From positions 6,822,001 to 6,886,000 of the forward strand of contig NC_045697.1 of NCBI RefSeq assembly GCF_009834535.1: a stretch of 64,000 bases of DNA, written 5' to 3'. Positions 1-12,050 of the stretch are shown in pieces. Each line of letters begins with the position of its first letter. Position 1 is the stretch's first letter. The position numbers and the translations under genes were made by a program. The DNA comes from Camelus ferus. Its lineage: Eukaryota. Under the pieces are notes generated by a model. The model worked only from the letters and a program-made list of their open reading frames with translations, did no database searches and had not been told where the DNA came from.

Positions 1-711
1 TGAACTGCATTCGTATTTCTCAGATTAGCTTAACCAGCCTCCCCGAGCACAGACTCTGGGGGATGCATCAGCCTGGTCCAAGGGAAATGCAAGCTGAATA
101 AGACTCTGTTCCCTAAAACTCCCCTGTGAAAAATTTCAAGTAGATTTTAGTACAAAGAAACACTTTGTTTTCAATGTGGAAAGTCATGTTTCCTTTTAGG
201 AAATTCAGAACCGAATAACAGCTTATATCTCCCTTTCAAGCAGGGCTACTGGGAAGCGTTAAGCTTACCCATATCTTTAGTGTATTTGAAATTATTCCCA
301 TTCTCTCCGATGGATTTTGTTTACTTACACTTTGTTATTTCGGGGTATTGACAACCACACAACAATGACACCACCACCAGCGGTAACAACTGTTACTACC
401 AATAGTAATAAAACACATTATGTTTTGGGCTCCATGATTTATACGCATTTTATTATTTTATATAACAACTCAATGAAGTGGTTGATTATACAAACAACAG
501 TCAACAAGCTGTTTTAGAGAAACAAGTTTCCTTCTTCAAAATCATGCAACCCATAGAAGAGATGTTGGAAATTGGAACTCATGTCTGTCATGACCCCAAG
601 CCTGGAGTTAACCTCAGTAACATACTGTACATATGTCATAGACCATATTTTAGGGCACCTGAAATCTTTTATGAAAAGAAGTGGACTATATATCATGGTG
701 GGGGGTAGGGG

Positions 712-1153
712 TTATGGAGCTGCCCTGCTTGGAATCCCTTTCGCAGAATTACTACAGGAAGCATAAATGACCTTCAGCCCAAGATGCTGCAGCTTTACAT
801 CCACCCCAGGTGGACGCAAGAATATCAAGGCCACACTTCCCTTGGGCCGCTCGTGGCCAACAACTGAGTGTGGCAGGGTTACCAGAGCAGGCCCATTCCC
901 ACCCCATGATGGGAATTCTTCCAAAGGGTTACTCTGACTTAGAGACAGCTTACTGGCCCGGCTGAGACTTTCTCCTATTTCGGTGTAATCTGAGGTTCTT
1001 TGTCTCCAGTCCTTCCGCCCCTCTCTCCTTTCACAGCTATCAGATCAGCACTGAGGTCTGCGGCTCTCCCTACCTACTCTTGTCGCTTCCTCTTTATTTT
1101 TCACGGCATTTCTCCCAACAAGTCTCTTGTACTTCTAAGCTCATCTTTACACC
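712..1153 (+). mobile_element. ERVL solo LTR, LTR16C-like
   Basis: Segments ggcccggctgagactttctc, ctctcctttcacagctatcagatcagca and tttctcccaacaagtctcttgtacttctaa follow the LTR16C consensus as recalled. Confidence 0.7.
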
Positions 1154-1736
1154 AAAGAGAATGAGAGACAGAATAATAGAAAATAAGTTTATTCACTTTT
1201 CAATGTATTGAATGCAATCCCGGAGCTAACTTAGTGCCTGTGACTCATTCAGTGCTCAACAAGCACTTGCTGGATAAATGCCGCCTATGTTCAAGTCAGC
1301 CTGTAATACTGAAGTTGCAGGGCATGTGTGGTAACGGGTAACTGAGACAGGAGGCAAGATGTTAAAAAGATTTGTGATAAGAGAAGAATGAAGAGTGCTT
1401 TGGTTGTAGAAGATTAAACTGGAGAAACCAGCAGAGAGCTTCATGGAGGGGGAAGCCTTCCACGTGATTTTAAAGGGCATGTAAGGTTTCCACGAGTGAA
1501 GGAAACTGAAATTAATAAAGCTACAGAAACAGTGTGAGAGAAAAGCAGAGAAGTATGTTCTATGACATGGCTTATGCTGGACAAGCGGTTGATGACACAT
1601 GACTGGTGTAGCTTTCTAGAGCGCCGAAGGGGAGCAGGACAGAGTGGGACACCTGGGAAAGAGTTTGTGCTTGAGTATGTGAGGTCACATTCTTTGAATG
1701 GTGGAGAAATGCGAATAAAGACAGTTGTCCTGTAAC

Positions 1737-2072
1737 AGTGCTGTCCAGTAGGAGTACAATGCCAGCTACAAACCTGAGCCATAGATGTCATTTGAAACTT
1801 TCCAGTAGATGCATAAACATCTATAAAGAAGTAGGTGAAGTTAATTTAAAACTATCTTTTACGTTATCAGATATATTCAAAATATTATCACTTCATCATG
1901 TAATCAGTATAAAAATTGTGAGATATTTTGCATTATTTTTTCTTACTAGATCTTCAAACTCAGGTGTGCATTTTATACTTACAGTCCATCTGTAACCATG
2001 CATCTCAGTTCAACCACATTCAAGTGCTCAGGGTCCATCTGTGTCTGGTGGATACTTACTGAGCATCCTGGC
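1737..2072. mobile_element. hAT-Charlie MITE, MER33-like
   Basis: Begins cagtgctgtccagtag; internal aaaatattatcacttcatcatgtaatcagtataaaaatt and tcaggtgtgcattttatacttacag...ccacattcaagtgctca match MER33. Confidence 0.8.
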
Positions 2073-2399
2073 TCTATAATCGCCAACAAACAAAAAGTTG
2101 GAATGTCCGTCCTAACAAAACATTTTAGAGAATTCACACCTGGGAGAGGAAGCACTTCATGAAGACATCCGGAAGAACTCCCCAGGTCATGGGACAATGC
2201 CAAGTCCTCCTGCTTGGGGGGTGTTGCTTGAGAGCACAGACTTTAAGAGGATTGGCTTTGAATAATTCAGCCCTTGCAATGGCTAAGTGTGTACCTGTGA
2301 GCACATATCAGGGCTGTTTGAGTCTCAGCAGCTTTGGGTATACGATGGTGATAAGACCAACCAGCTCTTCAATCTCTGTTCTTCTTTCCCTGTAAATTT

Positions 2400-2570
2400 A
2401 TTGTTCTATGTGCCTTGCATCATTAATTTAACTCACCTAACAACCCCATGAGGTAGGTAGCACTATTATCTCTCTCACCCAGGGTCACTCAGTGAGTAAG
2501 TGATGGAGTCAGGATTCAGAGCCTGGTCATTCAGCTCCAGAGTCCAAGTTCTTAGTGTTCTATCATGCTG
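2400..2570 (-). mobile_element. MIR SINE fragment
   Basis: ctaacaaccccatgaggtaggta...cccagggtcactcagtgagtaagtgatggagtcaggattcaga is the antisense MIR core. Confidence 0.7.
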
Positions 2571-3159
2571 GATCCCTAACCAGGCTTGGAGACCCCAAAT
2601 TATAAACAACAACAACAACAACAACTAAACAACAAGCAAACTGAGTGCCCAGAAGACAAGCATTTCTTTGCCTTCTGGGATGACTCTGTATGTAGTAGAG
2701 TTGAGTTCTGTAACAGAATTTATGTAAAACGAACTCTATTATCCTCCCTCTGGTATAACCTCATTGTTTGACAGGCTTGGAATTCATTTCTGTCCATATA
2801 GAGTTTTAAAAAATTATATTCTTTAACATTTTATAGCACTGAACAGTTTAACAAGCACTCTGGAATGCATTAACACTTCCAATCACTAAGAGGGAGAAGT
2901 TATTAATTTTCTTTTCTGGAAAGCGAGGAGAAGTTTCAGAGTGGCAGAGAGACTTGTCCACAGTCATAAAGTAAGTGGTCTTGAAGCAAGGTCTCTGAAT
3001 TCAAGCTGCCAATCTTCCTTGCCATTTTTAGACTTGTTTATAAAGCACACACACACTTGAATGAATATTGTACAAATTATTGTTTGAAAGAGCTGCATGT
3101 CTGTGTACAGGCACTCTGCCCTTGACATTTCTTCTTCTTCAACAATAACTATTCCCATT

Positions 3160-3952
3160 CTTATAGGTTAATTTATCTCCTACCAAGGGATGTTGAAATC
3201 CTAACCCCTGGTACCTGTGATGTGATCTTATTGAGAAATAGGGTCTTTGCAGTTGAGCAAGTAAAGATGAGGTCATTAGGTTGGAGGACGTTAATCCAAC
3301 ATGACTGATGTTCTTATAAAAAGGGGAAATCTGGGCAAAGAGACAGGCACATACAGAAGGCAGAGAATGTAAAGACAGGAGAAAGATGGCTATATACAAA
3401 CCAAGGAACACTTGAGGCTTCCAGAAGCTAGGAGAAGGGCATGGAACAGACTCCCTCACAGCTCCCGGAAGGAACCAACCCTGCTGTCTTTGCAAGTTTG
3501 GGATGCTGTAACAAAGTACCCTAGACCAGGTGGCTTACAAACATGAGAAATAAATTTCCCACAGACCTGGATGTCCAAGCTCAGGGTGCCAGCATGACCA
3601 GGTTCTGGTGAGAATCCTCTCTCAGTTTGCAGGCTTCTGACTTCTCTCTCTCCCCTCACATGGTGGAAGAGAGCAAGATAACTTTCTGATGTTCCTTTTA
3701 TAACAGCACTAATCCCGTCCATGGGGGCTCCATGCTTATAACCTAATTACCTCCCAAAGGCCTCTCCTCCAAATGCCATCTCACTAGGGTTTAGGATTCC
3801 AACATATGACTTCTGGGCGATGCAGACATCCACGACACTTGCCAATACCTCGATTCGCACTTCTGATCTCAAGAGCTGTGAGACACTGAGTGCCTGTTGT
3901 TTAAGCCAGCACGTTTGTGGTGCTGTCTACAGCAGCCCTGGACACAGATACA
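3160..3952 (+). mobile_element. MaLR LTR, MLT1C-like, split by a nested MLT1A
   Basis: gttgaaatcctaacccctggtacctgtga...ggaaccaaccctgc (to 3484) resumes at 3843 with caatacctcgatt...gttgtttaagcca...gataca. Confidence 0.8.
3485..3837 (-). mobile_element. MaLR LTR, MLT1A-like, nested
   Basis: TG...CA ends; gctgtaacaaagtacc, cagggtgccagcatgaccaggttctggtgag, taattacctcccaaaggcc; 5-bp TSD cctgc/cttgc. Confidence 0.85.
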
Positions 3953-3959
3953 CCCATGC

Positions 3960-4230
3960 CCCCACAACAGGCTCTCTGAGCTCCAGTGTGATCTCCTTAT
4001 AGAGGTCTTTCCCGAATGTTGCCTGAGATCACGGGGACTCATCACTGTGGATCATTTCACCTGATTCTTTCCTTCCTTATCAAATTTCTGAAAAAAATTG
4101 TTTAATTTTTCATACAAAGTCCATCTACCTAAATTAGGACATCAGCTCTGTGAAGGTAAATACCTCACCTGTCCTGCTCTTTGAGAGTGCTTGTCATAAA
4201 GTGCAAATAAACATTCGCTGATTAGTAAGA
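3960..4230 (+). mobile_element. L2 LINE 3' fragment
   Basis: agctctgtgaaggtaaatacc...agagtgcttgtcataaagtgcaaataaacattcgctga resembles the L2 3' terminus. Confidence 0.55.
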
Positions 4231-5126
4231 AAGTGGGGGTGGGGAAGACAGGCAGGCAGGAGGGAAGGGATGAGGAAGGAAGAAAAGAGATCACATAAGG
4301 GTCTTCCTTCTGTGAAAGCGCTTTGTGCATTTTGAAGAAGGATGCAGATATTAGCGACACTGTCATCATAATTATTATATTTTTCTTTGTGCTTGAACCT
4401 GTTTGTAAAACATTATTATCTAGATTTTAGAAACTGGTTGAAGAAATAGCTGCTTCCTTGGGTATGTTTGTCCACAGTGTTATTCCATCTTCAACGGCTG
4501 ATCCTTTTGACTTTGAAGTGTACCAATTCCAAGTTCTCCTAAAAATAAATATTTGCCTTATTAGCATGCTTGCTCATTTACTAATTGCTTTTCTTAAATA
4601 CCAGAGCCTCTTCTACAGATGAGGTTGGTGTAACCTTTATCAAGCTTACTTTACTTCTAATTACATGGGTTCTTCATTTGCAGCTAAAAGTAACTCTTGT
4701 CACCATTCCTGTCAAGTTTGATTCATGACATCTTAATTATTACCATTTCTTCTCCCTGCAATAGTAGCAAAAGTGTCCATATATATTTTTGTTAGGCCGA
4801 TTCCTCATTCAAAGAAATGACAATTTGGATTTTAAGGAAGCATATTTTTAGATGAGGTCCCTTTGTTTGCTCTTCCAACAGCTGAATCTTCTTCATTCCT
4901 TTCTCATTGGGAGCTGATTCGTGTGAGGTTAGGGCGCTATTATTGTGCAGTGAAAAGAGGAGCTGAATCAGCCACCAGAAACTCAATCCAATCTCAAAGT
5001 CTGTGGCGTGTTCCTCCTAGAGGGCTGTGAATAAGCTACTTAAATTTTCTAAACTGTTGGTTCTTCATCTTTAAGATGGACTCAGTGACGTCACATATCT
5101 GAGAGCAGATCAACTGAGATGACTTT

Positions 5127-5325
5127 ATTTGTTTGTTTGTTTATTTATTTATTTTGTTTTCTAAAAATTGTTTCTGTTTTTGCTTGTTTTGGGGGGAGGA
5201 GGAGGTCATTTGGTTTATTTATTTACTTATTGTTGTTATTTTTATTTAATGCAGGTACTGGGGATGGAACCCATGGCCTCGTGCACGCTAAGCATGTGCT
5301 CTGCCACTGAGCTACACCCTCCCCC
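5127..5325 (-). mobile_element. tRNA-Ala-derived SINE, camelid Vic-1 type
   Basis: Minus strand reads ggggagggtgtagctcagtggcagagcacatgcttagcgtgcacgaggccatgggttccatccccagtacc (A box, degenerate B box), then an A-rich tail; TSD gatgacttt at 5118-5126 and 5330-5338. Confidence 0.9.
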
Positions 5326-5649
5326 TTAGGATGACTTTCAGTGCACATGAACATCCCACATGAACTGCAGGATTTTCAGAAAATGACAACTGCTTACTTT
5401 GTGCTGTTTTCTTCTTTATCTAAATCTCCTTTTATTACCTCTTTGATTCCATCTTGTAAGATTAGGAGAGCAGGAGAAAGGAAGGCAGACAGGGAGAGAG
5501 AGAAAGAGAAAGAGAGAGATCCTTCTCCATATCTGTCCCATCCCCCTACTTCTCACCCTAGAACAGAGAGGAGCTCAACAGCCCCTTGGTCTCCTTTCCC
5601 TTTTTGTTTTCAGGTGGATGTGGCTTTGGTAGGAAGCAAGAAGTTATGC

Positions 5650-5650
<1 letters not shown>

Positions 5651-5698
<48 letters not shown>
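5651..5698. repeat. (TG)24 microsatellite
   Basis: Pure dinucleotide run read directly. Confidence 0.97.
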
Positions 5699-5700
<2 letters not shown>

Positions 5701-6387
5701 GGGTTGAGAGTGTAGAGAATAAAACAAGATAATTGCATCAGTTCTCTGGCTTTGTCACCAAATAGCTCAGAAACCCCAGAAAGAGTGATTCAACTTCTTA
5801 TGTCCTCTGTCTCTTTATTTGAAAAAAAAAAAAAAAAAAGGACTCACAAGGTGAGAAGAGACTTATGTAATGGATGTTTGTGGTTCATAATCCACTCCAC
5901 TTGAAAGTATGCAATTTATCTTGTTATAAATTTTGTTGAACTTTTTTGATTGCAGGCGTTGGGAATTTTGGGGTTCTACAGATTTGCAGGGTTTCTTTTC
6001 CTTGCTCTCACTGGGGCTTGAGCATTTTTATTGCATGGGAGGCATTTTTGATGCTGGAGCACTAACGGATCAGGTAGGGCCTGAGGGACAGGGAACAGGA
6101 ATTACTGCTCTTTTGAAGTGGAGGTAATGATGCTTGACCTGCAATATTTTGTGAGCAGTGAGGAAGATCCTACCCCCTGGAGCCTCTTAATTCATGCATC
6201 AGTCAACACATATTTGCTGCCAGTTCCTTGGCTGGTGGGCTTTATTCCACAACACTTTTGCTCACCTGTTTGCCTCTATTTCTTTTAGAGAGTATACGGA
6301 GCTAAAAAGTAGTAATGCAGCCACCTCAGGAGACCTCCAAAGACCTCCAGTCTGACTTTACTTTCTGTCGAGGAATATAGCACTTGT

Positions 6388-6856
6388 GATGTGCTGTATT
6401 TCTTCTATTTCTCCCTCCACTTTCTCGCCACACTTGTCCATCTTCTGAGGGCCCTGAGGTCACCTTGCATGTACCACATCCCCGAGCCTCCTTGCTCTCC
6501 AGCTTCTGGGCAGCCCAGTCAAAAGGCAGTGAGGATCAAGGCTGGATGGAGCCAAGGACTAGGTTGGGTGTTTTTCACTTGGCTTCCTTCCTGTGTGGTC
6601 ACTCTCCTGACCAGGAACTACTATTCTTATCAGGCAGACCCCTCCGCACAGCTGCCTCTCCATCTGGGTCCTGGTATCTACTCCCTCCTCTGGCTCCTTC
6701 AAGCCTTGGAGTGTCAACACCCCTTCCCACTGCCCATGACCTTGCACTTTCCTTAGAAGCTGCACATCACTTTGTAAATTGTTTATTAACTGAGTGGTTA
6801 ATTACACATGCCACACTCTGTACCATTGTTGTTGCCTGCGATGACTCCGACTGATG
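6388..6856 (+). mobile_element. ERVL solo LTR, LTR33-like
   Basis: cacagctgcctctc...ctccttcaagccttggagtgtcaaca...cactttgtaaattgtttattaa...ccgactgat follows the LTR33 3' half. Confidence 0.65.
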
Positions 6857-7039
6857 GCGAGAAATATCCACTATCACATGTCCATTTTCCTTTCCCACAA
6901 TGCAGAATCATTGCTGGAAAAAGGATTCCTGGTCAAAAGGCATCCTTTCTGGACCCTTTGACCCAACATGGGTCACAGGACTAGTTTGGGCTGGTTGGAA
7001 GGTGAACTGCCATGAGGGGTGCTTCGTGGTGCATTCTCA

Positions 7040-7241
7040 CAGTCCGATCCACTTCCGGGGCAGTCCTAGAGGCTTCTGCTTGAAGGCGGAGTTGTTGCAA
7101 GATGAGGAAAGAGGCTCCATTCCAGAGTCACTGATGAAGAAGAGCCCACTAATGTGGAAAATGAATATGACATAAACTTTTAATATGATAAGCCACTGAA
7201 CCTGCACATTCTTTCATCGGTTAGCCTAATATGAGTAATAG
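7040..7241 (+). mobile_element. Old MaLR LTR 3' fragment (MLT1J/K-like)
   Basis: ataaacttttaatatgataagccactga...ttagcctaatatgagtaata resembles an MLT1 3' end. Confidence 0.5.
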
Positions 7242-7249
7242 AAGTTACT

Positions 7250-7380
7250 GTTTAGGTATTTCAAATACATTATTTCTAATCTTCAAGATATATCTTTAAT
7301 CCGAGCATCATTGCTACCGTTTTACAGATGAGGAAATGAAGATACAGCAAATTAAGCCTCTGAGGTCACACAGCAAAGTA
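7250..7380 (-). mobile_element. MIR SINE fragment (interrupted by MLT1B)
   Basis: ttttacagatgaggaaatgaagatacag...gaggtcacacagc. Confidence 0.7.
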
Positions 7381-7382
7381 CC

Positions 7383-7768
7383 TGTGATGGGCTGACCTGT
7401 GCACACCACCCCCACATCAGATGTTGAAGTTTTACCCTCAGCACCTTAGAATATGACTATATTTGGAAATAAAATCTTTGAAGAGGTAATTGTGCTAAAA
7501 GGAAGGAAGTCATTAAGGTGAGCCCTAGTTCAATATGACTGGTGCCCTTATAAGAAGAGGAGATATGGACACAGGCACACACATAGCGAGGACACTGGGA
7601 GAAGGTAGTCCCCTACAAACCAAGGAGACGGGCCTCAGGAGAAACCAACCCCGCACGACTGCTTGATCTCGGAACTCTAGCTTTCAGAACTGTGAGGAAA
7701 TGCACTTCCGTAGTTTAAACCACCCAGTCTGTGGTTCTTTGTTGTGACAACCTCAGCAAACCAGTACA
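7383..7768 (+). mobile_element. MaLR solo LTR, MLT1B-like, full length
   Basis: tgtgatgggctga...aatatgactggtgcccttataagaagagg...gaaaccaacccc...ccacccagtctgtggttctttgtt...cagtaca. Confidence 0.88.
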
Positions 7769-8584
7769 GTGTTATTACTGAGCTGAAACCTTGCAGATTC
7801 CTGCTGCCCTGATTCCTGGAACCTAGTTCTAGCCTCGGCCCTGGATCCTGTACTTTTTAGAACAGATTGGTGTGAAGGAGAAAGCTGGGTCAAGTTGTTA
7901 AGTCCGCTGACATGAAGTGTTGAGGGTCCCCATGTCCTTTTGTCCACTCCCTCCACTTTCTCTATCAGCGCTCTTTCTGTTTTACCTTGGGGTGATATTT
8001 CAGTGAGCTGGTTCAGTCCTGGTCCCCACCTACATCTTTCAGAGTGGGAACTGTAGTTCTGAGAGGCAAAGCAACTATTCTGAGGCATCAACTTCACGGT
8101 CTGCGTCCTCACTGTGCTGCAGAGGAAACGAGCCCACAGAGGCTCAGGGGCTTGGCCATGGACACCAGGCATGAGGGATTTTGACCTTCGCGCCATCCCT
8201 CTGCCCTTACAGAGCAGTCAGAGGCAAACTGTTCTGCAAAGGGTGAGACCTCCTTCCAAGTGCTATGAATTATACAATATTTTCATATTAAAAATGATTC
8301 TGTGCTATTTAGAGAAAGGATGGAACTGATATTGAGTGATGAATGAACCCCTGCCAGATTCCAGGGGTGTAAATGAGCATGGCTTTAATATGCCAAATAA
8401 TACAGAGAGAAAACCCGCAGCCACTTCTCCACAGCGGGAGGGACGAGCGTTGGGGCAGGAGCCTAATTTCTTTGTTTCCCAAGCAGCTCAGATTCTCAGT
8501 AACACTTGGATGAGCTCAGTAGCTGTCTTTGTTTTAATTCTGATTACACAGTTTTATGACTTCCAGTGGCATAAAAAGTCACCT

Positions 8585-8684
8585 ACAACTGGAATCAGAG
8601 AGTCTGGGGTTAGGTTCTAGCTGTAGGACCTTGGACAGTTCCTTTCATTTCACTGAGACTCAATTTTCTCTTCCACAAAATGGA

Positions 8685-8761
<77 letters not shown>

Positions 8762-8830
8762 CTATATTGCAGGTTTGCTGAGAAAATTGAACATTTTAAA
8801 TGCCTAGTACAGCATTTGAGATATCATTCT
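8585..8830 (+). mobile_element. MIR SINE containing an expanded AAT repeat
   Basis: tagctgtaggaccttggacag...ctcaattttctcttccacaaaatggaaat[aat]n acctatattgcaggtttgctgag. Confidence 0.75.
8685..8760. repeat. (AAT)25 microsatellite
   Basis: Pure trinucleotide run read directly. Confidence 0.97.
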
Positions 8831-10284
8831 CCATCCATCCATTTTAATTCCCTCTACCCTACACATCAAGTTCTCTTTCTCCACTATGTCTGTACATGAC
8901 ACTCAGATTGTTTGACTCTCAAGGCAGTTTTCAGGGTTAAGTTAGGTTGTATGTTTGCTGCAACTAGATTTTAAACTATTCTTTGTATGTGATGTTCTAG
9001 TGCTGATTCTCCCAGTAATTACGTCTTAGATCTTTGTGCCTGAAAGCGGCTCCATAAATGTTTATTGAATCGAATCATATTAAATCAAACTCCCTTGTTT
9101 AAATTTTATGGTTTTACCGACCAAAGAAATCCACAAGTATTTTTCTGAATCAAAATGGTGAAGTTGTTAGCTTTCGTATATTTAAAGAAAGAAAGAAAGA
9201 CAACCAGAATATTGACATAAAATTGTAGTGCCTGCTATAGTTGACAGATGGACAGGTTTGTCCATGGAAATATACATTGTATGCTGACCATTTCCTAACA
9301 TACAAATCATTGCATTGCTGGCATTCCCAAATAAATAATTTTTATTTCCCAAATTACTCTGCTTTCCATAAAATTGCAATCATTTTAAGGAAAACCCACA
9401 GGAGAGCATTTCAAAATATTTTTCTGAAGATGATCACTAAATGGTCCACATGCGTTCCAGGTGCAGATTTTCCATCATTCCACCCTTTGAGATAGCACAG
9501 TAATCAGACAAGAACGTAAGGTGTGTCTTAATTTCAAAGTCACTAAAGAAGGGATAGGAATGCAATGTGTGCTTCTGCCCCAGATTAAGCAACATGGTGA
9601 TAGAAAAATGTCATTAGGATTTTCCAGGTTTTTCTGAAGGAGCAAAATTACCTGGCTGGCTAGATGGAATACCTGTTTCACAAGCTCTTAACTCCTTTGC
9701 CTACTCCTTATATACATAGATCGGTTTATGGTTCACAAAAGACTTTTGAGCATGCTACCTTATGTCATTCTTATAATAACTTGATGAGATACTTCAATCC
9801 TCATTTGATAGAGAAGAAAACTAAAAATCAGAGAAGTTTGCTACATGATAGACTGGAAATCCAAAGTAAGTTTTTAATTCCCAGGCTCATGCTCTTTGAG
9901 ATACACTACGACACTTTTAAGCTACTAAAAGGCATCTAATACATGATGTCTTATCCTCCCCACTCTTGGGTCTCTTCTCATGGACCCCCTAATTTTGAGG
10001 GGAGAATAAAGCCTTGATTAATAATTAGCATCCTAGAAAGTGCTTCAGGTCTGGGGACCAAGGTTTTGGAGGGTGGAGTGTCTGACTTTTCTAAGTAAGC
10101 TGTTCTCTAATAAAAGGGAAAGTTCAGATTCTTCTATAAAGAAATCACTTAAGTTAATTCAAGTCAACAAATATTTGCATGTGTGTCTGTGTCTGCTACG
10201 ATCCCAGAGCGTGCTAGGATTAGGAACATAGCAAAGGGTAAGTCACCTTGCTTTTGACCTGGGGAGCCCAGTCAGCTCCTGAGT

Positions 10285-10495
10285 GAGGAGCCTTGGCTCT
10301 TTATAAGAATTGTCTCTGGAGTTTATGGGGAAATTAAACAAAACATGAAACAGAAAAAAAAAAAAAAAAGGAAAGTGCATATTTTTAGCACTCCTCTGAA
10401 TATGCAAATCACTAGGTCTGGAGGGACGTTCCAAGAATCTGTATGATTTAAATGTCTCCAGGGATCTGAAAAGGAGCCAAGCTTGGGAACCACTA
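10285..10495. mobile_element. hAT-Charlie MITE, MER5B-like, with internal A-run
   Basis: taggtctggagggacgttccaagaatctgtatgatttaa...cttgggaaccact. Confidence 0.6.
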
Positions 10496-10538
10496 GAATA
10501 TTGGAAAGGACATGGATTGTGAGCTTGAATTGGAATTC

Positions 10539-11044
10539 TGATGCAGCCTGAGTTCTCCTGAAAGCTGAGCATTAGACACAAGTTTAAGTGTGAGAGCTTT
10601 ACTGGGGCATGAGGTCCCAGGGGACAGGCAAGAAAAGTAGGAGAGGGAAGCAGGGAAGGAAGGAGGGAGAGCCAGTGCAAGGATATTCATGGAGTTGGCC
10701 ACTGCCACCATGACTAGTTGCACAGTCCTGTGCTACAGTCCAAGAGGCCACATGAAATGAACCTTGGGACTCTCTACCTGGGGAAAGAGAAGGAAATCCT
10801 ATATATTCACTGGTTCTGTGACTCTTGGTCAAAGGTTAGCCACAGCTTCACGTCCAGGTTGCACAGGCAGGATGCCCCAAGACCACAGAGAGGTCTGGGA
10901 CGAAGGGGAGATGTGCTGGTCAAGGGCACGATGGAGATACCATGGGTCTGTGCCACCTTGAAGCTAGTCTGTCTAGGTACAGAACTGAGGCAGCACCAGA
11001 AATAAGAATGGATCAAAAGTGATGCCTAAGAGGTACCCAGTACA
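10539..11044 (-). mobile_element. ERVL solo LTR (LTR67B/LTR16-group-like)
   Basis: TG...CA ends; left end gagttctcctgaaagctgagcattagacacaag is shared with the LTRs at 37482 and 55702. Confidence 0.6.
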
Positions 11045-11784
11045 AACCCCCTCCACACACCCTGCCCTCTGTGTGACTTCTTACCCAAACCTGCTCAGCC
11101 TCAAACCTTGTAAAATTTTGAGGTGGATTCATCACATAATGTTTAATATAACATAATGTCTAGGACACAAACCAGGACTGGAAAAAATGTGAACTTGTCT
11201 TCCTCTGCTTCTTTTTTTTAAACACACAGAGCTCTGAATCTCTTTGTGAAGGTTGGCCTCCTCCAGATCCTCGTGGGGACCCTCTATAAGAATCTCTCAC
11301 CTCACCCACTGAAGAGAGGAAATAAAACTGGAGATTCACCAGGACACAAAAGGGAGGCCCACACTCCGAAGCCAACAACAACACAAAAAGTCGCTGTGTT
11401 TGTTCTTCGGAGCAGAGGGTGAGGCTTGATCTTCAAATACCTTTTTTTTCAACCAGAGAAACAACATAGGATGAAGGCTGGTATATTTTTTAACATAAAG
11501 GGATAGACAGGGCCTCAAACATAAGTACTCAAAGAAGGAAATATAAAAGAAGAAAGAATAAAACTCACTGTGAGGACCTCTGGCACACAGATAGACACAT
11601 TAATTTTAGTTTCTAAATGTTTTAGATTGGAGCGACAGCAAGATTCCAGAGAGCACTACACAGGTGTTCTTTGGTTAACCAACCATGGTCATCCTCCAAA
11701 GACTTAACTGACAAAAGGAGAGAAATGCGCAAGTTCACAGAAAGGGTTGGGAGAAATCTTAGGAAAGCACAACTTAGATATAAC

Positions 11785-12050
11785 TTATTCACTCATCAAT
11801 CGAGCCAACTCTCTGAGCCCATCATTGTCAGCCACCTAACAGAAACTGGGGGCACAGAGATAGACAAGATCCTGTCTACTGCCTTCCTAGATGGCTACTT
11901 TTGTAGATGTGCAAGGTGCTTGAGGTTGTAGATGACAGACTTTTTTTCTGTAGCAATCAGACAAGACTTGCAGAGGAAGTGATGTCAGAGCTGAATCTCA
12001 GTTTTCATGTGGTGTTCACCTGGCATCCACGAGGGGAAAGTGCTGATTTC
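11785..12050 (-). mobile_element. L2 LINE fragment
   Basis: ttattcactcatcaatc...ctgggggcacagagatagacaagatcctgtctactgcctt. Confidence 0.6.

Noticed and set aside
5250..5325. tRNA-Ala gene
   Set aside because: Degenerate B box and stems, an A-rich tail and a TSD identify it as a SINE head
8556..8807. Poly-Asn ORF
   Set aside because: Translation of (AAT)25 inside a MIR
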